A DNA stretch of 64,000 nucleotides from Harriotta raleighana (lineage: Eukaryota). This document shows, piece after piece, positions 12,140 through 23,999 of the stretch. Positions within the stretch are counted from its first letter, which is position 1; each line of letters starts with the position of its first letter. The notes beneath the pieces are model-generated. The model saw only the letters and a list, made by a program, of their open reading frames with translations, did no database searches and was not told the DNA's origin. The position numbers and the translations under genes were made by a program. Location: contig JBNZDD010013687.1 in assembly GCA_050575255.1 (NCBI GenBank), positions 4,326,082 to 4,390,081 of the forward strand, in the 5' to 3' direction.

Positions 12140-12830
12140 AACGGCGCAGTAGAGGATTTAGCGAGTTCCTACAACCAGACGGTCATAGTCGGTTACGTTT
12201 ACCCCCTCTAAACCTCTCCCCCCTCCCCCCACCCCAACCAACTTAAAAAAAGAAAGTTAAGAGATGAGCTGAGCTGAAGGTTGGCGAGAAACTTCCTTAC
12301 TTTGGGCAGACAGTTAGTTCCCTTGCGGCTAATGGCGGCAGAGCTGCTTCTGGTCGCCTGAAGCCCCGAACCCCAGCCCCGAGAAACACAAGCCGCAACC
12401 AACCGTCCCTCGTTCCAAAGCCGCTCGAGGCGCAGCCTCTATTCCAGTGCGCTGCATCCGGGTCACAGAGCGGCCGCTAGCGACAACCCCCCCTCCCCCT
12501 TCCTTTCCACGGCCATTTGTTACCACAAAGCAAAGCTGTGAACTTTCTTAGAGCGCCCAGACTGCGGACTTGGATTTTGAATGGAGCAGTGAAAATCTTA
12601 ACTGTACTTTTGATGATATGGGAGTGGGGTAGGAGAGGAGAATTGTAGCTGGTAGTTTTTGTCATTTCTAATCTTCATGGTAACTCGGCTTCTCGCTGGA
12701 AACTACAATTGCCAAGATGGCCGCCGCCGCCTCCATCGCCGGGGTTGAGTGAAAAGTCACCTGAAAAAAGAGTTTGCGTCAAATTGGTACCTAGCCATAG
12801 TGCGGGATGCTACTGCAAAGGGTTGAAACT
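12140..12830. promoter_or_regulatory. CpG-island-like promoter
   Basis: GC/CpG-rich, not repeat-like; ACTACAATTGCCAAGATGGCCGCC at 12702-12725 (ZNF143 SBS-like motif overlapping a YY1 AAGATGGC motif); second SBS-like GCTACAATTCTC on the minus strand near 12638-12649; CCGGAT ETS-like core on the minus strand near 12456-12461. Confidence 0.75.
12301..12520 (-). other. Putative first (non-coding) exon of a divergent minus-strand gene; 5' end approximate; MIPOL1 by synteny only
   Basis: Lies inside the CpG island; donor CCCAAA|GTAAGG at 12301/12300 on the minus strand. MIPOL1 is head-to-head with SLC25A21 in human, but no MIPOL1 peptide is recognised here. Confidence 0.5.
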
Positions 12831-14440
12831 TTATTTTTAATTAGAATCGTAGCGATCGGACGTACAGCTAAAAAAAAAAGCAATGTGCCTGCAGTGTTTT
12901 TGATATTTATGGTTAAACCAGGATCCCTGGAGCAGAATATTTTTTGTGTACACAGGTACAATATGCAACGCGATGTGCATTACAAGAAAACAACTATTGC
13001 ATTGCAAAACTGCATTAAATGATTTAGGTGGTCTTAAGTTGATGTGTAGGTAAGACTAACTTGTGATATTTCTTCCACTAAACCTTCAGAATTATAATTA
13101 CACAACGAAACTGGATTAAGTTGGGTGATACAGAATGCATTAAAATAATCGCCAAAGTATTGTAATCGCAGAAGTGAATAATGTCTATTCACGTTTCAAT
13201 AACTGAAAGATACTTTTTTAAAAAAACAAACGTATTATGACATATGGTTATGTTCTGAAAATAAATTTATGTAGAGAAAATTGATTTTACATCTGGATAT
13301 ATTCCGAGATATCATGGAATATGCTTGTTTGTTGGTTTTATCATCTGGCAAATGGCCACTTGCATGATTTTTCTGTCAAATGCAGTGATAGACTCGAGTG
13401 TGAATTAAAATATGAGTAGGTTACTAGTTTTACAAAACATTCCCTCGAGATTTGTTGAATTTGCGTTTCATCCTTCTTAAATCTTGTTCAAGTAAAATGT
13501 ATATAAAGAATTGTTAGATAATTTGTTGCCCAGCTTTCCCTCTTTTGGAGATTTGGTGAATGTAAATGATTGTTTCACCCTTTGTATCTCTTGTTTGAGT
13601 AAAATGTTTACAAACAATTGGTCCATTTAAGAATTTATTTTTCCATGATTTTTCTTTTCAAAAATATTTACACAGTGGGTGGAAAAATCTATTTGAATGA
13701 GATTACAGACTTCAAAACATGTAGGAAAAATGATAATAGTCCGATGTATTGCTTATCTTTGTGTTTTTCAGTATAGATGATATATTGTTGATATTACTCA
13801 GCTCTGGAATTGAAAGTTTTAGTGGCTTGAACTTTTCCAACGTCTCTGGCAAAATATGGCAAAGTATACTTGTAAAGAAATGACCAACATCTGTTTTTTT
13901 ACCAAAATTATTGTCATTTTTTGATCTGTTGTGTAAGTCGAGCGTTTTCTTTTTTCTCTAACCATTTGAGATTTCTTCTGGGGTCCCCACCTTATTCATC
14001 CTCCACCTCCATATAAATCATCTCCAACCCTGCATGCTATTTTGTTGATTTTCAGTTTTGAACTCAAAATCTTTGAAACCTTCTTTTACTCTTAACATCT
14101 TTCCACAGCCCAAGATTGTGAAATTTCTTCATTTCCTCAAATCTTTCTAATGCAATATAGTCTTTTAAATCCAATTTGCATTGCATGATCATTTCTTTTG
14201 ATTTATCTTGTTTTCTGTTATTCAATAGCATATTGGTCAATGAATCGTATTCATTTTTCTATTATCTACTTAAGTGCGCAATTTTGTGTTGGAGGATGAA
14301 GTCCTCAATTTCAAACAGAAATGTTCAAAAGATCACAAAAACACATGAAAAGCGCTATATCAAATGTAAGGATTATTATTATTATTGTTGGTTGTGTGCA
14401 TATACTTCAAATTCCTAGCCATACCAGATTCACATACAAC

Positions 14441-14729
14441 AATAATAATAATCATCCTTGTATTTAATATAGTGCTTTTCATGTCTTCTAGACATCTCAA
14501 AGCACTTCACAGAATATACAGTAAGGTGAATTGACTGTATATTTGTGGGTGAAACATGGCAGCCAATTACACACAGCAGAGTTCTACAAACAGTCGTGGA
14601 TTGAGTGACAAAATATATTTTTTGGAGCGATTATTATTAGGGGTGTGGAGTAAGGAAACTTGCCCATGGTTTTGTCCTGCCTGGAATCGAACCCAGCTCT
14701 TTCGCTTGCAAGGCGAGTGCTCTAACCAC
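14441..14729 (-). mobile_element. tRNA/Deu SINE
   Basis: Tail, core and head (GTGGTTAGAGCACTCGCC...GGTTCGATTCC) on the minus strand. Confidence 0.9.
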
Positions 14730-15725
14730 CGATCATCATCGATCTTTGCTTAAAAGTCTACAAAGTCTAGATGGCCTGTTTCTATTGAAACCAATTGCAA
14801 TGTACAGTAGTTGGAAATGAGCACATTCAGACGTTTGATGGAGACATTGTGAACAGGTTTAGAAAGTAATTACCTTGACAAACATTGGAGGAAATAATGG
14901 CAAAAAAAGACCGAAGAAGAATGTTTGCTTACAATTCACAAGTACTGTAAATTGATGAGATTTGTGGATTTTATTTATGATTTATTTCTGTATATTAATG
15001 TAAAAGATGATTATCAAATAATGGCAGTGCCTTTTTTTGTTAAAACGTTTTTACTGAAAAATACTGTTCTGAGTGATGTATTTCTGTGTTGCAAATAAAT
15101 CCACTTCCCAATGGTTCATCTGAGAGCAATTGTTTTCTTCATTTACTCTTCTTTGCTTTTTTGCATGAAATGTTGTCAATCATGCAAGAGCAGGCTGAGA
15201 TGATTCAACATGGATTTTAAACAATTGTTTCAACACTACAGGTGTGAAATTAAATATGAAAATTATACATTGTACCATATACAATACAGTACAATTGATG
15301 CAGTGTATGGGGTTAAAATATGGAGAATTAAAACAAAACATAATTCAGGTCCAAAGTGCTTATCTTACAAAACTCACTGTAAATAAATATACAGGGAACT
15401 GTTTGTACAGTACTGCTGATTTCTTAAAATTAAATTAAAAAGTAAACTAAACATTTTTGGGTTTGGCCATAATTCTCAGGATACCAGCATCAAAAATAAA
15501 ATTGTTGCATGGTGATCAATTACTGCATAGATTTCAAAATATAAATGAGTTCCAGGATATGAATTACTATTTTGGTAACCGCTTGCAAGAATAAATTAAA
15601 CGTGTTGTGACCACTCCTATGGTTTATCGGTGATTAGATTCAAAAAGTACCATGAAAAACTTGTTGAGACAACGAACACTGAAAACGTTGACAGAAAACA
15701 GTTTGGACTGCAACCGGAAAGATCC

Positions 15726-16060
15726 GGAGCTCCTGTGGCTCAGTGGTTAGAGCACTCGCCTTACATGCTTTACAAGCATGAGACCTGTGTTCGAATCCAG
15801 GCAGATCAGGGCGAAACCTTGGGCAAGTTTCCTTACTCCACATGCCTAATAATAATCCCTCCAAAAAAACTACAATAACAAAATTGGTCATTTCAATCCA
15901 TGACTGTTTGTGGGACACTGCTGTGCGCAATTGGCTGCCACGTTCCGCCCACAAATATACAGTCAATTCACTTTACAGTATATTCTGTGAAGCGCTTTGG
16001 GACGTTGATAAGATGTGAAAAGCGCTATATCAAATGCAAGGATTATTATTATTATTATTA
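15726..16060 (+). mobile_element. Full-length tRNA-derived Deu-domain SINE (SINE2-1_CM-like)
   Basis: A box TGGCTCAGTGG, B box GTTCGAATCC (15789-15798), core TGTGGGACACTGCTGTGCGCAATTGGCTGCC, L2-like tail AAGCGCTTTGGGACG...AAAGCGCTATATCAAATGCAAGG(ATT)n. Confidence 0.93.
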
Positions 16061-17254
16061 TCCAAGGTCAAATGGCAATATTATTTATGTAACCACCCAG
16101 GGAACAATAGAATTTTTATACTAAATTACTCCTACACTCAGCTCATGTTGATATGGGTTTGTAAATGGCAGCAGAAGTGTTATAGCCATTTTTTCGTCCT
16201 GTTTTCCCTACTCTCACTGCCCTTCTGTATTCCACAGACAATAAAAAAGGTAATTTGGTATCTTATTCCAAAATGGCCATTTTACATCTGAGACAATGGA
16301 AAGCCTCAATATGTTCTTGAAATTACAGATTATCACTTGAGTTTAATCTTGTCCAATTGAGATAACTATATGGCCATTGAAGTAGAGGTCACTGCACACC
16401 CAATGAATGTGAGAACTAATTTAGTGCATTCACTAATCAAACTTTTCAACCCCAAATTCATATCAATGATTAACCTTGGGAAACAGATACAACTTTTAAA
16501 ATAATAGCCTACAGGAAAACAAAGCACTGTAAACCAAATGTGAGAAAGAAAACAAAAAATTGTACAGAAACCAAAACAGAAAACTAATAAATTTTACAAC
16601 ACTAAACACCCAAAACATTGTAACAATGTGAAATTTAAATAGCATACATCAGAAACTTGTGATGCTTTGTAAAGCCTATATTTTATTATGGTTTTCTGTT
16701 ATAAAATAAGCATTCCACAATTTTAATTTAGCTATTGATGTAAGATGTACGAGAATAAAAGGACATTAGTCCCATCAGTCGCCAATCCTTCAGAGCATGA
16801 ACAATTTTCCCCATTATGGATTTTCTGATGAAAATCCTATCATTTTGCAGAAGCCAGTGAGGGGGGTGGGGGGACCCACAATCCGAGAACTTGCATGCAC
16901 TTGTAAAATAAAATCGGCACCACATCAAATGCAAGATTATTATTCTTTTATGCTTTGCTCTTATCCCGCAAAATATTCGCTCACAAAATATACAGTCAAT
17001 TCACTTTACAGAATATTCTGTGAAACTTTGAAATATCTCGAAGACGTATTAAGACACTATATTCAAATGCAAGGATCATTGTTATTATCCCATTCACACG
17101 CTTTGTCCCACTCCTTTCCCGAGGCACGTTTCCCCAGATGCCTCTGCCCCTTCCTCTTGTATTGCCATCTTGCCGTGTCCTCAGTGTCCCCCTCAGTGTC
17201 CCCTGCTTTGCTGCCAATAGCAAATAGCAGCAAAGCAGCTGTCAGTCAAGTTTA

Positions 17255-17476
17255 GTAAGTCGTTCGCTCCCCAAGCCACAACTGCTCGCGCATCGCACGT
17301 TCACCTCCCAGTGCAACAGACGGCGGGGGAGACTGACTTTAGCAGACACACAAACCCAGTCAGTCAGTCAGTCAGGAGACGACATTCCCAGGTATTTTCA
17401 TAACCATTATCAGCACGACAAAAAGCGGCGTGAGTCACGCCAGGTAACGAGTCTTTTGTTATTTTCCAGTGGAAAA
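17255..17476 (+). promoter_or_regulatory. SLC25A21 proximal promoter / 5' UTR
   Basis: Local CpG enrichment in an AT-rich background, (CAGT)n at ~17357-17373, palindrome GGCGTGAGTCACGCC (AP-1 core TGAGTCA) at 17427-17441, directly upstream of the ATG. Confidence 0.6.
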
Positions 17477-17543
17477 ATGTCAGTGAAAAAACAGAGCTTG
17501 TTGAAGGAAGCATCACATCAGATAGCTGCCGGTGGATCTGCTG
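17477..17543 (+). CDS. SLC25A21: Mitochondrial 2-oxodicarboxylate carrier, first coding exon; intron 1 appears to run past the window end
   Basis: AAAA-ATG start; translates to MSVKKQSLLKEASHQIAAGGSA+G, matching the recalled human N-terminus MSAKPEVSLVREASRQIVAGGSAG; ends in phase 1 at a consensus donor CTG|GTGAGT (17544). Too short for the ORF track. No exon encoding LVEICLMHPLDVVKTR seen downstream. Confidence 0.93.
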
Positions 17544-17989
17544 GTGAGTAACAAGCAACACGTTTAAGTGTTATTTTATTGAGGGAGGGAACACAAGCGT
17601 TTGGGTATGAATTTTATAATATTTTCGCTATATATATATATATTTGTGTGTTTGTGTTTGTGTGCTGTTGTTTGGAACGCACTGTCTTTCGCAAACCGGT
17701 GATAACAGGGCTCAAAGTTTGTAACTAAGTGTAACTGACCCGATAGACAGATAGGCTACTCTCCCCCCCCCCCCTCCTCCAACACAAACATATGTTTGAA
17801 TACTGTGCAGGTACAGCTTGTTGTTTTCTTGGCAGTGGTCGGAAAGGTTGCAGGAGCAGTTCAGTTTTGTGTGGAGTTTTGCTTTGCACCAAGTCACCAG
17901 AGTGGAAACCCGACGTGTGCTCATGCAGAAAACTGTGCGATCAGAGCTCCCAAGGCAAAGCTTTTGGTTCCGTGTCACAAAAGGTTATA

Positions 17990-18018
17990 AACACACACAC
18001 ACCCACCCACACACACAC
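17990..18018 (+). repeat. Interrupted (CA)n microsatellite; (TA)n/(TG)n also at ~17629-17663
   Basis: Directly visible. Confidence 0.85.
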
Positions 18019-19314
18019 CAGACCTCGGCTGAACGTCTCATCCGAAACAAGAATCGAGAGTTTTATTTTAGATACCCAAAGTTGAGTATAGTATTGAATA
18101 TGGTATGCTAGAATATGTACACTTTCCAGTCGTTTAATCATCAGCTTCATTATTCGTACTGACTGTCGATTGCTGTAGTTATATTATGATCACACCCTTT
18201 TTACACAATTACACTTAGCAAATGGTTGGTTCAGGTTCAACTGGAATCTTGCAGGTTTTTGATCGCCTCCTTTCATAGTTTGCATGCTCTAGACTGTCAT
18301 TCCAGTCTAGTGCAAGGGGGGGTGGGACATTGTTCTAGGTGCTGTCATTCAAATGAGATGTTCACCTCATTGCTGTACTTATCTGCTTGTTCAGGTGATG
18401 TTAAAGAATTTCATGGCTCTACTGGAAAAGAGGTGCCCTGGTCAACAACACCCCTCCCCCTACCCCCCCAGGTAGAATTGGTCATTCACTTCATTGCTGT
18501 CAGCATTTTTCCTGTGGTATTTGCATACAAATAAACAGTCACTACACTTCACAGTAAAATCCAATGAAGCACTTTGAGACGTCTCAACAACATGATAAGG
18601 TACTATTCCAACTGAAAAGATTATTAAATAAATAGTAAATATATATTGAAATACACAAACCTATTTACGTTTTTTGAATAGGAGGAATTTCATCTCTGTC
18701 CAAATTGCTTCTGATTTCTCTTCTGATCAAGGCAACTCGGCTATACCACTTCATGGACTGCAAAATAATACAATACCTTGCAAGCAGTCTTGCAAGTTTA
18801 TTTACCTTCACATTATGCTCTTTTAAGATTTGAAGGTTTATTCACAGGTTTATGACCACAACAACTTGTATTTATCTCATGCCCTTCAAGTGGGGTAGTG
18901 CCCCGAAGCACTTGATAAATAGTACAGCATTTGGGGCTCCAGTGAGCTGTACATAAAATCTTAGGACATAAAGTGATTATGCAAAATTAGTGACAGGCAT
19001 TTTACTAAGTAGAATGAGGTGCAGTCTCATCGGAAACTCACCTTTGCTCTTTGTTACTAGATTTCTGCAAGTTACAAATCTGAGAGTAGAATCAATGTTA
19101 GTCCTGCCTGCACATAAAAATACAAACATCATTGTGTGAGATTGTTCACCTATAAGAATAATTTGTTTACCCTGACCCCAGATTGGATCTGAAACAATGA
19201 CTGTCCAGCGCCTTGGGATATCCTCCTGATGTGAAAGGTGCTATACAAGTGTAATTTTGTTGTGTTTGTTGTAATGCACTTGAGGGATTAAAATATAAAA
19301 TATAAATTAGAATA

Positions 19315-19570
19315 TAATCCTTACCTTTGGTATAATGCCTTATCATGTCGGGAGGATGACTGAAAGCACTTCACAGGAATTACTTTCCATTGGAGTGACT
19401 GTGTATTTCTTGGCAAATGCGATAGCACAATTGCAAGGAGCAATATTTGACAAACAGCCATGGCATAAACAACAAATTTTATTTGGGGGAATTGATGGCA
19501 AACATATTGGAAGAACTCTCTCCTCTTTTCAAATAGAACCCAGGGATCTTTTACATCCACCTGAACAAGC
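19315..19570 (-). mobile_element. Old Deu SINE fragment (duplicated at 20606-20861)
   Basis: ATAATCCTT..TATAATGCCTTATCATGTCGGGAGGA..AAAGCACTTCACAG tail and degenerate core. Confidence 0.7.
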
Positions 19571-19571
19571 A

Positions 19572-20553
19572 GTGGTTGCCTCCCAGCTCCGCTCTTTCCT
19601 CTCAAGACACTCACTCCTCAAAACCCTTCAATCAGGTTTCTGTGCTTTCCACTGCACAGAAACTGCTCTGGTCAAGGTCACAAATGACATCCTGATCATC
19701 TGTGACCAGGGCTCCTGCCTCCTCGTCCTTGACCTATCCGCAACCTTTGACACCATCGACCACACAATCCTCCTTCCACCGCCTCTCCTCCCTCCTCAAC
19801 CTTCAAGGCTGTGTCCTTGCCTGGTTCCAGTCATATCACTCCCGGCGCCTTCACTTTGTCTCTTCCAACGGCTTTTCTTCCAACCCCCGCACAATCACAT
19901 GCGGCGTTCCCAGGGCTCTGTCCTTGGCCCCCTGTTCTTCACCCTCTATATGCTCCCACTGGGCGACATCATCCGCAGACATGGGATAAATTTTCACATG
20001 TATGCAGATGACACCCAACTCTTATCTTTCCGCGTCCACCCTTGACTCCTGGACTACTGGTGTTGTGACTGCATGTATGACCAACATTGAGTCCTGGATG
20101 AGGGCCAACTTCCTTCAACTCAAGGTTAACAAGACGGAGACTCTTCTGATTGGCTCGCGTCAGCGCCTCCGCACCTCAGGTGCCAGCATCATCAGCATTC
20201 AAGGCTGCTCTTGCCATCTCTCGAAGCCAGTCAGGAATCTGGGCGACTTGTTTGACCCGAACTGTCCTTCCTCCCTCATATCCGCTCCCAGACCGGTATC
20301 GCCTTCCACCACCTCCGCAATATTGCCAGGCTCCGCCACTATCTCACCCCCCATTCCACCGAAACCCTCATTCACGCCTTTATCATTTCCAGGCTTGACT
20401 ACGGGAACTCTCTCCTCGTCGGCCTTCCCAACTCCTCCCTTCACAGGCTGCAGATTATTCAGAATTCTGCAGCTCGTGTACTCTCCCGCACCAGGCTTCG
20501 TGACCGCATCACTCCCACCCTCGCGCGTTTCCACTGGTTCCCCATCCCCCAGA
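19572..20553 (+). mobile_element. L2 LINE ORF2 fragment (first, probably artefactual, copy)
   Basis: QSGFCAFHCTETALVKVTND, LDLSATFDTIDH, QGSVLGPLFFTLYM, HMYADDTQL; frameshifted. Confidence 0.9.
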
Positions 20554-20862
20554 NGTTTGTTGTAATGCACTTGAGGGATTAAAATATAAAATATAAATTA
20601 GAATATAATCCTTACCTTTGGTATAATGCCTTATCATGTCGGGAGGATGACTGAAAGCACTTCACAGGAATTACTTTCCATTGGAGTGACTGTGTATTTC
20701 TTGGCAAATGCGATAGCACAATTGCAAGGAGCAATATTTGACAAACAGCCATGGCATAAACAACAAATTTTATTTGGGGGAATTGATGGCAAACATATTG
20801 GAAGAACTCTCTCCTCTTTTCAAATAGAACCCAGGGATCTTTTACATCCACCTGAACAAGCA

Positions 20863-22275
20863 GTGGTTGCCTCCCAGCTCCGCTCTTTCCTCTCAAGACA
20901 CTCACTCCTCAAAACCCTTCAATCAGGTTTCTGTGCTTTCCACTGCACAGAAACTGCTCTGGTCAAGGTCACAAATGACATCCTGATCATCTGTGACCAG
21001 GGCTCCTGCCTCCTCGTCCTTGACCTATCCGCAACCTTTGACACCATCGACCACACAATCCTCCTTCCACCGCCTCTCCTCCCTCCTCAACCTTCAAGGC
21101 TGTGTCCTTGCCTGGTTCCAGTCATATCACTCCCGGCGCCTTCACTTTGTCTCTTCCAACGGCTTTTCTTCCAACCCCCGCACAATCACATGCGGCGTTC
21201 CCAGGGCTCTGTCCTTGGCCCCCTGTTCTTCACCCTCTATATGCTCCCACTGGGCGACATCATCCGCAGACATGGGATAAATTTTCACATGTATGCAGAT
21301 GACACCCAACTCTTATCTTTCCGCGTCCACCCTTGACTCCTGGACTACTGGTGTTGTGACTGCATGTATGACCAACATTGAGTCCTGGATGAGGGCCAAC
21401 TTCCTTCAACTCAAGGTTAACAAGACGGAGACTCTTCTGATTGGCTCGCGTCAGCGCCTCCGCACCTCAGGTGCCAGCATCATCAGCATTCAAGGCTGCT
21501 CTTGCCATCTCTCGAAGCCAGTCAGGAATCTGGGCGACTTGTTTGACCCGAACTGTCCTTCCTCCCTCATATCCGCTCCCAGACCGGTATCGCCTTCCAC
21601 CACCTCCGCAATATTGCCAGGCTCCGCCACTATCTCACCCCCCATTCCACCGAAACCCTCATTCACGCCTTTATCATTTCCAGGCTTGACTACGGGAACT
21701 CTCTCCTCGTCGGCCTTCCCAACTCCTCCCTTCACAGGCTGCAGATTATTCAGAATTCTGCAGCTCGTGTACTCTCCCGCACCAGGCTTCGTGACCGCAT
21801 CACTCCCACCCTCGCGCGTTTCCACTGGTTCCCCATCCCCCAGAGGATCGAATTCAAGTTCCTCGCCCTCATTTTCAAGGCCATTCACGGCCTTTCCCCT
21901 ACCTATCTCTCTGGCCTGCTGTTCTCCCTATCAGCCTGCCCGCATCCTCCGTTCAGCAGACTCAGCCTGCTCCTCGTCCATCGCCCTAACCGCCCAACCA
22001 TCGGCGTCCGGGCTTTCGGCCTCTCTGCCCTGACACTCTGGAATTCCATCCTGTAGTCCTCCCTTTCCTCCTTCAAGACCGGTCTCAAGACCTTCCTCTT
22101 TGACCGTGCTTTCAGCTCCCCTCCTAACTCTTCCACTTCTCCCACTCTCCTTCCCCCTCCCCCTACACCAGACTCTCCCCCCCCCGTTCGAGTCCCGACC
22201 TGACTGTGCAGCGCTTTGGGACGTCCTCCCGACGTGACAGGCGCTATACAAATGTAATTTTGTTGTTGTTGTTTG
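20863..22275 (+). mobile_element. 5'-truncated L2 LINE with intact 3' tail
   Basis: Same RT motifs, continuing to FKTGLKTFLF and CAGCGCTTTGGGACG...ACAAATGTAATTT(TGT)n. Confidence 0.93.
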
Positions 22276-23288
22276 TTTAATGTCTTTGATACTTCATCTG
22301 AAACAACAATCAAGATTTTTATTTAATACCAAAGTTGAGTGTTGCGGTACCTTGGAATACTTTCTAGCTGAATCATCAGCTTCACTATTTATATTTTCTG
22401 TTGTTTTATAATGACCACCACATTTTGTTTTTTTACACACAATTACACCGCATATGAGTTAAAATAGTATCACCTAGCAAGAAGGGGAGATTTTTCGCAA
22501 ATGTTCAGTGTTGCACATAGGAAGTAAAAACAGGAGACATGCAGACAGGATAGAACTTGTCAAGTTGAAAAAGATTGAGGGGTGTGACCCAGTTCTCACC
22601 ATATCTCAACAGTGTGAGGGAGCTTTAAACAAGCAAATGGTATGTTGGTTGCATTGCTAATCAAGTAAATTCAGATCTCCAGAGGTCATGTACATTGCTC
22701 TGATGGAGCTGCCTCTGGACTATTGGGTACAGTTATGGTTGTTGAAAAATATATGGCTTGTCTAAACGCAGTCCTGAGGATGCGGAATTCCTGATAATCT
22801 TTGAGAAACAATAGCGCATAAATAATCCTGTCCTGGATGGGAACTGTTTAATGGTGTATACATTGCTGAACAGAATAGAGGGGTAAACCTAGAATTAGGC
22901 TTTCAGATATGCAAAGGTAGTAGGATACAGGTTCAAGATTGTGAAGGGGAATTTAAGCCTGGCCCCAGTGAAGTGCTTTATTTACACAAAAGGCAATCAA
23001 TAGGTAAAAAAGTGAATGCAAGACAAATAGATAGATGTCCGGAATGCTGGTTAGTTTTACAAACAGCTAGATAATAATAATCTTTGCAATTTATATAGTG
23101 GCTTATCACGTCTTTTGAGATGTCTCAAAGATGCTATAATGGAAAAAGATTGTGTGGAACCATAAGATCAGTCATGCCCACAAACATTCTTTCTATGAAT
23201 GTCTCTTATCCTATGGAAATTTCCAAAAGTGTTACTTTTTCCTGTTTATCATGTCCCTTAACATGAGCGCTGAGCACCGTTGACCATA

Positions 23289-23516
23289 CAGGCAGTCCTC
23301 AACTTACGACATTCCGAGGTACGACAATTCGAAGTTGCGACACTTAATATCAGTAAAATTACTTCCGAGTTACATCCAAAGTCTTGAAGTTACGACACTA
23401 CAACCAATCACTGTATGTTACTGTAAGCATTATAGGGGGGTGACTTGACTTACATACAAATTCGACTCACACCACATCTTAGGAACCTAACCCTGACGTA
23501 ACTTGAGGACTGCCTG
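23289..23516. mobile_element. 228-bp Tigger-type MITE
   Basis: TA|CAGGCAGTCCTCAACTTACG ... CGTAACTTGAGGACTGCCTG|TA: 19/20 TIR match and TA duplication. Confidence 0.9.
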
Positions 23517-23999
23517 TATTCTGGTGGTTAGACAGTCTATTTGCAGGTCAATTCTGAACTTGGTTTAAATTTTTTTTTTTTTCTTGGTCAATCTAGCTAT
23601 GTTCAGGAACAGTTGCTCGTGTTTTATGCTGGTGAAAGCATGAATATCATTGAGCTACAAAGGGCCTAAACTGAATTATTTGTTTCATAGTAAGTTGTTA
23701 TACTGGGCAAGCTTGCTTTACCATGGTTTTCCTGGGTCCATAAACACACACCTCTCCATCCCTGAGCACCACCGCGATAAAATTAAGCATCTTTAGATTT
23801 TTGTGGATGTCATGTTGCAGGCAGGTGCAGTGCACAGTGACATCAGCAATGCTTCCTGCACATTGAATGCATACGTATAACAAGCAGAGATTGACGTTAA
23901 CAACCACTTGGAAGGTGGCCATTGTTTACCGCAGGAATCTGTCTGGTTAGCAGCTGGCTGTTCAGCTGAAGCTTGCTGTACCATGCTTTCACAATACCC

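Larger units (their letters stand above)
19264..21844 (+). repeat. Apparently identical 1290-bp tandem duplicate (19264-20553 / 20555-21844) separated by a single N
   Basis: Identical ORF translations offset by 1291; N at 20554. Confidence 0.97.

Noticed and set aside
12717-12752. ATGGCCGCCGCCGCC as a protein start
   Set aside because: Stops after 11 codons (MAAAASIAGVE*) with no good donor; better explained as a YY1 motif.
15726-15800. tRNA genes at SINE heads (also 6320-6394, 46936, 55484)
   Set aside because: Each continues into the SINE body, with no proper acceptor stem or poly-T terminator.
19335-22033. 236-aa and 246-aa ORFs with RT motifs, as a functional or duplicated reverse-transcriptase gene
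   Set aside because: Frameshifted, 5'-truncated L2 fused to SINE sequence; the duplication is centred on an N.
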